Shown here piece after piece: positions 1 to 7,211 of a DNA stretch of 7,246 bases. The position numbers were made by a program, and so were the translations under genes. Numbering within the stretch: the first letter of the stretch is position 1; each line of letters begins with the position of its first letter. Source of the DNA: Anthoceros angustus (taxonomy: Eukaryota; Plantae; Anthocerotophyta); assembly GCA_010909165.1 (NCBI GenBank), contig VJWM01000436.1, positions 1 through 7,246 of the forward strand, read 5' to 3'. The notes beneath the pieces are model-generated. The model saw only the letters and a program-made list of their open reading frames with translations. It was not told the DNA's origin and ran no database searches.

Positions 1-240
1 CATTATTCCTCTCACTTCCCGGGCTTCATGGCCCGCGGCTGCTTTCAAGGTCTTCTTTATTTGGGGTCAATCACCAAGCTCCCATCTTGATGCTTCTCGC
101 CCATACGCTTTCGAAAGAGGCCAAATCCGATTCTGCGGCCTTTTCCTCGCGTCACCCTCTTGCGACTTGGTCCTTAATTGCAGGCGCACTCTTGCACCAA
201 TGCGCATCGTAGCACCATTTCTTCTCCATGAACTTGAGGC

Positions 241-266
241 CCGGCTCTCACTGCCGGCTCTCACTT
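241..266 (+). repeat. 13-bp tandem duplication (CCGGCTCTCACTG / CCGGCTCTCACTT)
   Basis: Read directly; 12 of 13 positions identical. Confidence 0.85.
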
Positions 267-279
267 TCCGATGGTCCAT

Positions 280-720
280 GTTGGGCCCTGCGTGAGTGAG
301 ATTTCGGCGGCTCGGGCGCCATCTCCTCTCTCGTTGTTTCCCAAAACAAAACCTCGACTACCACAGTTACAGTCGGAAGAGAAAAAAATCGAGCCGCCCT
401 CGCGCTCCTTCCACGCCTCCTCGCGAACTTGCGGCGCCGATTTCTCTCCTCCGCGCCGCCGCTCTGTCACGATCGTCGCGCCCTTCCTCCTGCAGTGAGG
501 CGGTGGTGGCGTCGTTATGCAGCGCGCCCCTCTTCTTTGCGGCTCCGCTCATTGCCCCTCACGGAAAGTCGCGACCTCGATCTTTGGGTGTGCCCTTCTC
601 CCGATTCGCTCCGTGGTAGTCGCTCCGCCACTAGGGTTGTAAATTCCCCACAGTGCATCGTCCGTTTCTCGGCCACCGTGGTGGAACTAGCCACCACCCC
701 TTGACTACTCAAGCGTGGCA
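280..720. other. GC/CpG-rich island of unassigned origin (promoter/5'UTR-like or a fragment of another TE)
   Basis: Many CG dinucleotides, CT-rich tracts on +, TGGGCC at 282-287, and an abrupt switch to AT-rich DNA after ~720. No recognisable protein in any frame. Confidence 0.4.
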
Positions 721-1114
721 TATTGTGAGCATCCTAGCATATATAGACACCTTTTATTCTAAAATTCCCAATACCCAAGGACTCTATTTCTACCCACCCT
801 CGGGTCAAACCTAAGTCGAAAAATTATTATTATCTCCAAGGGCCAAGGACCATTCCGTATAAAAGACGACTCGACGATTCTCAAAGCACTTTGCTATTCT
901 AACACATCAAAACAAAAAAATCGTTCATCCGACACTTGGGAGGCGGGGTTAGTGCACATGTGGTCTTCCACATAAGGAGCTCCATGGCATTCAAACCTTC
1001 ATCAAAGGAGCCATTCATTATATCTAGTTTGTGACGAAATCTTTATCAAGGTGCCCAATATTGCAAGGTGCGCGGCAATTAGGAGACCCCAATACTTTAG
1101 TGTAGATGAGATGA

Positions 1115-1154
1115 ACCTTTGACATAGAAGAACTTCATCATATTATGATTCAAG
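1115..1154 (+). repeat. Left copy of a ~40-bp flanking direct repeat, abutting the 5' LTR
   Basis: ACCTTTGACATAGAAGAACTTCATCATATTATGATTCAAG. It aligns with 7157-7198 with 39 matches and 4 gap columns, and no substitutions. Confidence 0.92.
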
Positions 1155-1465
1155 TGGTAGAACCGGCCTAGAAGACTATTTTAGTGAATATAAATACAAG
1201 TTATTTAGAGATACTAATTATAAGATAATAATTATTAAATAGAAAATAGCTGATAAATAGGATCATTGTCAGAAATATAATAACCCATTAAACCAACTAG
1301 AAAAACCCCAACTAACACAACAAACCCAACGTCTAACCTATGAAAACCAAGAACAAGTAGGTAGTTCTAGCGCGGACTCGGTCTTCTTGGCGTGACCAAA
1401 AGCCCGTCTACATAATGTACAAGAACAAGTAAAGACTGTCCAATTTGAAGCCTCTCCGCGTAGCA
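1155..1465 (+). repeat. 5' LTR (311 bp)
   Basis: Starts TGGTAGAACCGGCCTAGAAG and ends GTAGCA. Aligns end to end with 6820-7136 at roughly 85-90% by eye; 1176-1269 is identical to 6845-6938 (94 bp). The PBS starts after a 3-nt gap. Confidence 0.93.
1189..1196 (+). promoter_or_regulatory. TATA-like box in the LTR (TATAAATA; second copy at 6858-6865)
   Basis: Canonical motif present in both LTRs. It lies only ~35 bp from the LTR start inside very AT-rich DNA, so function is uncertain. CTACATAATGTA near the LTR 3' end is an alternative degenerate TATA-like site. Confidence 0.35.
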
Positions 1466-1468
1466 TCT

Positions 1469-1480
1469 TGGTATCGAGCC
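1469..1480 (+). promoter_or_regulatory. Primer-binding site, initiator tRNA-Met type
   Basis: TGGTATCGAGCC after a 3-nt gap from the LTR end. It matches the canonical plant iMet PBS TGGTATCAGAGC(C) with one A missing. Confidence 0.9.
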
Positions 1481-2112
1481 CTCACATCATCATCCGGGAT
1501 CAAGGATCTTAGATCGGCGGATCAACAGGCTAGGCTTCACGCGCATAGAGACATGTGTGGCGGAGAATCCTTTGACACACATGAGCAACGGAAAGGACCA
1601 AACAAGGAAAGATTCTAGAATTTGAGGTCATCAAAGCAGCAATCATTCCATTCAGCGGTGAACTCGAGTACAATCTTGACTTGTTGACCAGCGTTCGGGC
1701 GTAGTTGAAGGTACTGCGGTGTGTGAGAGAAATCCACACAAGATGGCGGCAACTCCAAGGAGTGATTACCGAATCATTACGTAATCCAGCAAGCAAAGTG
1801 ATCATGTCCACCTTTTGAGGTGGATCGCATGATCTCTAGTGGAAGCGATGAGGATCACCCCTTGAAGGGATTGGGGACCGGGTCCGTCGCCGGGCGCGCA
1901 AAGCCAACAATTCCGAGGGCGGGCGACTCACCGACATCCATGCGTTGGGAAAAGAGCCCAGACGGAAGGGCGAAAAGGCGACGTCATGAACTCTTGAGGA
2001 GGCTTCACATCCAGCTAGGAGCGGAAGCCCAACAAGAGGACTTTGCAACCGAATTTCCAGCAAGGCGAGCTCGCAGTTACACCGATTACAACTCGAACGA
2101 TGCTACGGCGGC

Positions 2113-3344
2113 GTGGCGACCGTAACGGGTGGGACCAGCCAGCGGAACTCGACAACCTGCAAACACCGAAGCTCAAGATCACCAAGGAGAGTTGACCGAG
2201 GTTGCGATTTTGCGCTTTTGGAAGGAGAACCCAAGTGGTTGAACACACACATGAGGAGTTGCGGCATCATTCTCGTGCCAAAGGCGGTGGAGAAGGTTGA
2301 GGAATCCATTGGCAAGCTTGAGATGCAAGTGGGGAGGCGCCGTTTGGAGGCGGTGGCGGGTGCTCCAGGCTGGGCGCCATCACCCCTAGGCGCTGGTCCA
2401 TCACCACGCCAAGAAACTTCCAGCCCACCCAAGTTGCTGATGGCACACAACACTCAACACCCCACATTGAGGCCTTTGACTCACGAATCGATGGAAGGAG
2501 AAGGAGAGACACTCACCAATCCAAGCGACCGTGAGTTGAGGTTGAAGATGGGAGCGAGGAAACTTGTGGAGCTCCAACTGGCGAGAAGGACAACAAAGAA
2601 ATTCGAGGCCATGGTGCGCGCCTCATGAGGTATGAGCACCGGGGGAGGTCGAGTGGAGGAGCAAGGAAGAGAAGAACATCACTTCAAACCCAAACCCCAA
2701 CTCGACAAGGAGCTACAACGCAAGATCAAGTGTATTTGATGGAAGTACAAAGGATGCTCGTACATGATTGGTTAGACAAACTTGACAAATACCTTCTTGC
2801 TTGGATGATCATCAAAGATCAATTCTGCGTGATGTGTTTGGAAGGGTATGCCTATCGATGGTAAGAGCGAGTTGATCCGGGCATGGAGTCCCCAATTTAC
2901 TCGCCGCCTTCCGACAAGTTTTCCTTGAGCACTTCCGCGGTGAACCACCGTAAAGACTTGTATCGCAATTCGGAAGATATACCAACAAGGGTGCGAGTCT
3001 GACAAATTCCTTCAACTCACACTTGATATGCCCAGTGGGCGAGGAGGAAGGTGGAAAATTTATCGATGGGCTGAAGTTTGAGTTAAGAGCGGATGAATCG
3101 ACAAACCCGGAAACTCGTGGAGGCGATGAAGGCCGCCATGAACTATGGCACAAACAAATACAAGCATCTCTCTTGCAGACCTTCCAAGCCTAAGTGGAAC
3201 AAGTCACCAACGGAGAAAAACCGGCGTTCAAAATTCTCACCGGGGTGGGAGGAGTACAAGAAGGCAAGAAAGTGCTTCACCACATGCGGCGGCGATCACG
3301 GCTCAAGTCCTGTCCCTTCCGTAAGGACTTCATTAGCTGGTTGA
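2113..3344 (+). pseudogene. gag: gag (frameshifted): capsid-type retrotransposon gag core plus zinc knuckle
   Basis: Motif fragments across frames: FDG (2735-2743), HDWLDKLDKYL (from 2763), LEGYAYRW (2838-2861), KFIDGLKFEL (3056-3085), LVEAMKAA, and a garbled CCHC knuckle CF..CGGDH...CP (3273-3316). The true start is uncertain and may be as far left as ATG 1829. Confidence 0.8.
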
Positions 3345-3526
3345 AGGAACAGGCAAGTCTACCGGGAATAGCAACTCTGCGACCCAGAGTGGGAAGGCAA
3401 TCTCCATCACAGAGGTTAGAGAACTGCTTATGCTATTTCCAGCCATGCATGCAAGTTGTGTTCACATGTCAACTTGCTCATGTCCCAATCAAGTTAGAGA
3501 TCGGCCTATCGAGTCCGCCCGCGGGG

Positions 3527-3745
3527 TTGCTTGACTCGGGCTAGCCACCATTATGTGTCCAAGGCGGTGCGAGAGGCGCGCCAATCCAGAAGCAGTCGTT
3601 TCCACAAGTGGCCCTAGGTGAAAAAGAAACCAATGAAAATGGGTGGAGGTGAGCTTACCTTTCCGGGTGGCTTCAAGGAGGTCCTCAAGTTGGGTGATGT
3701 CATCTCTTTGCCATGATCGATCAGGCAAGCCATGGTTAGCAAGTC
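3527..3745 (+). pseudogene. pol: Retropepsin aspartic protease domain of pol (frameshifted)
   Basis: LLDSG at 3527-3541, followed after a frameshift by SHHYVS (cf. LLDSGASHNFI), and GKPWL at 3724-3738 (cf. LGxPWL). Confidence 0.85.
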
Positions 3746-4009
3746 ATTCTAGCATGCTAGAAGTCAAGCGGACGGACAATGTTGCGTCTCAGCATGACAA
3801 TCACACATATGTCATGCAGGAGAAACATACACAAGCAAACCGCTCTATCTCAATAAAGCAAGCGCCCATGGCGATTCACATATAGCAAAGCTGAAAAAAA
3901 TCGCCTTAGAAACCAGAATCTAGGCGTGAGACACAACTCATGAGGCCGCTACCACGGTCCATGAAGGATTACTCGCGAATACAGGGCGTGTTTGCAGGCC
4001 TGAGCCTCT

Positions 4010-4720
4010 AGAGACATGTGGACCACTCCGAGCTCTGCCCAGTACAAGCGGTTAACATCCAGCCCTGGGACATACGCTTTCGAGAATGAAGAGATAAAAA
4101 CAAGTTGATGAGTTCTTGCAAAGGGTTTGTCACCTTACATGTCACCCTTTGGAGCTCCAGTTCTCTTGGTTCGAAGCGGATGGAGGGTGGCTGCATCGAC
4201 TCAAGGTCTCAAGCAACGATCGCCTGTCTACCGGATGCCGATAGATGAAATCTGGACTTGCATGGGGCTAAACTTCACCAAGATAGATCTGTGGGTTTCC
4301 ATCAGATCCGGATCAAAGAAGGAGATGAACACAAAACAGCTTTTCATCGGGCATGGGCATTAATTCAAGGTGATGCCCGCCAAACGCCACCTTCCAATGT
4401 CTCATGCAAGAAATCTTACGACCCTTGCTGGACATGGAGTTGAGGTATTTCTAGACGATATCCTTGTGTATTGACACCACCACCACGGTGGTTGGGGGTG
4501 GACTGCTGGGCTAACAAGTTCTTGGCCAAGAGAAGTAAGTGTGTGTTCATGAGAGAAGAGTGTGAATACCTTGGTCATATTCATGCTGTATTCAAGTGGA
4601 CTCCGCAAGGTGAAGGCGGTCATGGATCGATTACCCCAAGACATCGCCCAACTCGGGATTTTTGGGTATGGTTTCTATCGGCGTTCATTAAGGGTTTCAA
4701 TATTGCTGTCCCTTGACGAT
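4010..4720 (+). pseudogene. pol: Reverse transcriptase domain of pol (frameshifted)
   Basis: SPFGAPVLLV (from 4142), DGG..CID, MP.IDE, LHGAK/FTKIDL, GFHQIRIKEGDEHKTAF, catalytic VFLDDILVY (4445-4471), AKRSKCVF..EYLGH, KVKAVMD and GFYRR/FIKGF.IAVP. These are classic Ty3/gypsy RT blocks. Confidence 0.96.
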
Positions 4721-4819
4721 GCCCTTAGGAATTCAGAAGTCCTTACACCTAGGGCGGCAGTTGCGCTTTTGAGATTGAAGCAAGCTCTTAGCTCGTGCTT
4801 GCAAATTCATGCACCCTAT

Positions 4820-5070
4820 ACAATCCCTGCGCGTTGGATTTCGCTATGGGAGCGATCTGTCACAGCGAGCTGCATATGAGTCAAGGAAGCTGCAGTGCAC
4901 TTAAACTATGCATTGCGATAAGGAAATGCTTGCTATTACACATGCTCTCAAAGTCGGCGGCATTACCTGTTGGTCGAAAGTGGTGTGTCATCGATCACCA
5001 TTCCTTGCGACACTTCTTCTCTCAACCTCAATGCCGGTGGGCGAGTATTTGGTGACTTCAACTTAAATTC
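4820..5070 (+). pseudogene. pol: RNase H domain of pol (frameshifted)
   Basis: DFAMGA (4837-4854), DKEMLAI (4917-4937), HALK, RHYL (4958-4969), DHHSLRHFFSQP (from 4993) and RWA. Confidence 0.9.
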
Positions 5071-5330
5071 GATGTTGGCCCTTCAAATGTAGTTCTTGCC
5101 GGCGCCTTGAGTAGGCGTGCACACTTATGACAACCCGGTCCCAAACAGTCCGGTTAGTGCGGGATGGGATTCCCCATGACCAGTTACATGACTCTACAAG
5201 CAATTACTAGCGGATGCTATGGCGAGTTCCCAGACTTACCGAGTACTCCCTCGGGGATGCCTGTGTATCGGAAGGAAGATTGTCATCCTTCACGATCAAC
5301 GAGGTGAAAGCGATCCATTTGCATGATATG

Positions 5331-6260
5331 CATGATTCACCTATTTCCGCCATCCGGTATTGATAAAACTTATGCCAAAGTCCGGAGCATTTTATTGGGA
5401 AGGTATTGATTGTATAGAGTGGTGCGCTCTTGTCAGTCCTGTCAACAAGCCAAGCCAAGTCATGAGAAACAACCAGGTTTGCTCCTACCTCTACAAATCC
5501 CCAGTGGTCGCTTCAGGTCGATTTCCATGGATTTTATAACACATTTGCCACGTACCCATTCTGGAAAGGATAGCATCTGGGTGGTGACAGATAGGTTCTC
5601 CAAGGTCTGCCATTTTATTCCAGTCACCTCCACTATCACAGCCTCCAAGTTAGCTGGGATATTTATTGGAGATCTTGCTACAGGGCTCGAGGATATTGTG
5701 TCCGACCAGATACCAAGTTCACATCGGATTTTGGCGGGCCTTCCGAAACCACAGGGATCAAGCAGAACATGTCGTGGATATCACCCAGAATCAAGACAGG
5801 CGAGAAGCAAAACCAGTTTTAGAGGACATGCTTGGTCACTTCACACATGAAAAGCAAACAAGGTGGGAGGAACTCCTTCCGTGCTCGAAATACTACAATT
5901 CTTGAAACATGCGCACGAGGTTTGACCATTCAAAATTGCTCTATGGGAACTCCTCCACCACATGGCCTGGCGGTCAGAAGTGGCGCTTGTGAAGTGAAGA
6001 CATTTGGCATGAGGTGAAGTTGGCTAAGGAGGAAAGCTGCCCAAGACAGCACACCGCTGACAAGCGGCGTCGGGAGGTCGGCTACAACATTGGACGTGGT
6101 GTGGTTGCGGTGAAACCTCACGGTACTGAACTCATCCATAAGCGTGCCAAGTTGGCTTCTGATTTGCGAGCCATTAGGGTGTCACGGCAAGTCAACCCGT
6201 CTTTCATTGGACTGCGGCAAATTGAAGCTCTGAGACATTCCATGTGTCCTTCTGAAACCC
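5331..6260 (+). pseudogene. pol: Integrase (HHCC zinc domain, DDE core, C-terminal GPY/F module), frameshifted
   Basis: H 5331 and H 5351 (HPGIDKTY), CQSC 5431-5442, PGLLLPLQIP, ISMDFITHLPRT (D at 5530), WVVTDRFSKVCHFIP, IVSD (D at 5704), YHPE, LEDMLGHF, WEELLP, ADKRRREV (from 6056), and FHVS..LKP (6238-6260). Confidence 0.95.
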
Positions 6261-6597
6261 GTCATTGACGCCCGGCTAACTGCAGCCACCAGCCCTGACC
6301 TCGAGCTGCTCCGCACGCGTCGGCCCACTTATTCCATCCGCCCATATGCCATTAAGCCCTTTGAAGTTGGTCACCACGGCTCAGACCCGTGTCGGCCGAT
6401 CAGCCGGCGACCATTCCAACCCAACGGTCGCCCGGCAATCACATCGGCCAGCGGTAGGCAACCGCCCTCGGATCCAGCTTTTCCCTCAGCCATATTACAG
6501 GCACCACCGCCAGAAGGCGCATCGCCGTCAACCACATACCGCGGAGCCTCCGTCCTCACGGTCCCCTTTGATCCGACCAGCCATGTTTGGAACCCTT

Positions 6598-6784
6598 GAT
6601 CCCTCCATGCTCCAACGTCATTGCGTTTTCCGGTGGGACCCCTGCGAGCCAGTCGTCATTTTTTAGTGGCATGGAGTGGTGAACGGATCACCGGCGGCGG
6701 TGGAACCATGACTTCTGTGCAATTTCCTCATTTGCGTGCACAAATGGCAGGCGGAGGACCCGGGCCACCCTTAGTGGGGAGAAA
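6598..6784 (+). pseudogene. pol: C-terminal chromodomain of pol (frameshifted, group II-like)
   Basis: DPSMLQR (from 6598), RHFLVAWSG (LVxW motif, ~6654-6680), a W-E-P recoverable with a one-base correction near 6697, QFPHL, and E-D-R-A-T-L-S-G-E recoverable with one indel before the purine tract. This resembles the P..IL.R...LV.W...TWE...FP...ED ending of Reina/Tekay chromodomains. Confidence 0.72.
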
Positions 6785-6819
6785 CGGCTCTTGCACAGGG
6801 CAAATTACCATGCGGAAAG
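6773..6819 (+). promoter_or_regulatory. Polypurine-tract region (two candidates: AGTGGGGAGAAA 6773-6784; GCGGAAAG 6812-6819)
   Basis: Purine-rich stretches between the end of pol and the 3' LTR. The second abuts the LTR homology start but is short; the first is a better tract but lies 35 nt upstream. Confidence 0.5.
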
Positions 6820-7136
6820 TGGTAAGAACCGGCCTAGAAGGTACCTATTTTAGTGAATATAAATACAAGTTATTTAGAGATACTAATTATAAGATAATAA
6901 TTATTAAATAGAAAATAGCTGATAAATAGGATCATTGTATGCTAAATATAATAACCACATTAAACCAACTAGAAAAACCCAACTAACACGGTACCAACAA
7001 AGTCTAACCTATGAAAACCAAGAACAAGTAGGTAGTTCTAGGGACTCGGATCACGGTCTTCTTGGCGTGACCAAAGCCCGTCTACATAATGTACAAGAAC
7101 AAGTAAAAGGCAATTTAAAGCCTCTCTCTAGTAGCA
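6820..7136 (+). repeat. 3' LTR (317 bp)
   Basis: Starts TGGTAAGAACCGGCCTAGAAG and ends CTAGTAGCA; direct repeat of 1155-1465. The termini are an imperfect inverted pair (TGGTA vs reverse complement TGCTA). The 5' boundary could lie up to ~35 bp further left (see PPT). Confidence 0.93.
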
Positions 7137-7156
7137 TGAGACCATCCAATTTGTAC

Positions 7157-7198
7157 ACCTTTGACATAAAGAACTACTCATCATATTATGATTTCAAG
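7157..7198 (+). repeat. Right copy of the ~40-bp flanking direct repeat, starting after a 20-nt gap from the 3' LTR
   Basis: ACCTTTGACATAAAGAACTACTCATCATATTATGATTTCAAG. The preceding GTAGCATGAGA (7131-7141) also matches GTAGATGAGA (1102-1111). Confidence 0.92.
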
Positions 7199-7211
7199 GA
7201 TGATTTCAAGG
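7188..7211 (+). repeat. Perfect 12-bp tandem duplication (ATGATTTCAAGG x2)
   Basis: Read directly: 7188-7199 equals 7200-7211. Confidence 0.9.

Larger units (their letters stand above)
1155..7136 (+). mobile_element. Ty3/gypsy LTR retrotransposon, chromovirus branch (Reina-like, tentative); near full length, ORF frameshifted
   Basis: Two ~310-bp direct repeats with TG...CA termini and a PBS right after the first. Protein motifs run gag, PR, RT, RH, INT, chromodomain; integrase after RT/RH is the gypsy order. Short LTRs, ~6 kb length, a Met-type PBS and a P-x-x-L-Q-R...LVxW...FPHL chromodomain fit Reina-type elements (family knowledge, not a database match). Confidence 0.96.

Noticed and set aside
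632-638. TAGGGTT as a telo-box
   Set aside because: A single imperfect copy (TAGGGTTG rather than TAGGGTTT), which is expected by chance.
67-721. Seven overlapping ORFs (61-107 aa) on both strands as a possible host gene
   Set aside because: They are Arg/Ser/Pro-rich translations typical of stop-poor GC-rich DNA, with no recognisable domain and no frame that stands out.
678-737. Hairpin GTGGTGG-AACTAG-CCACCAC as a Helitron 3' end
   Set aside because: No CTRR terminus at the expected ~10-12 nt downstream. The nearest CTAG (734-737) is too far away and is not followed by T.
858-865. TATAAAAG in the left flank as a promoter
   Set aside because: Isolated motif in AT-rich DNA with no supported downstream gene.
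936-1048. TTGGGAGGCGGGGTTAGTG...CTTTATCA as a copia PPT plus short LTR
   Set aside because: Only a loose resemblance, with no TG start, partner LTR, PBS or copia coding sequence in the window.
1348-1431. CAAGAACAAGTA repeated twice within each LTR
   Set aside because: It is real (1348-1359, 1420-1431), but short internal repeats are ordinary in LTRs. This is not a CRISPR-like array.
3539-3544. TAG right after LLDSG as programmed readthrough, and other frame changes as programmed frameshifts
   Set aside because: The following residues (SHHYVS) are in a different frame and frame changes occur throughout pol, so a single-base indel explains it. Recoding cannot be judged at this error level.
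4448-4459. FLDD instead of YxDD in the RT active site
   Set aside because: F in the first position is a common variant in plant chromovirus RTs.
1530-6559. Minus-strand ORFs inside the element as antisense genes
   Set aside because: All are short (116 aa or less), lack recognisable motifs and overlap conserved sense-strand domains, so they are consistent with shadow ORFs.
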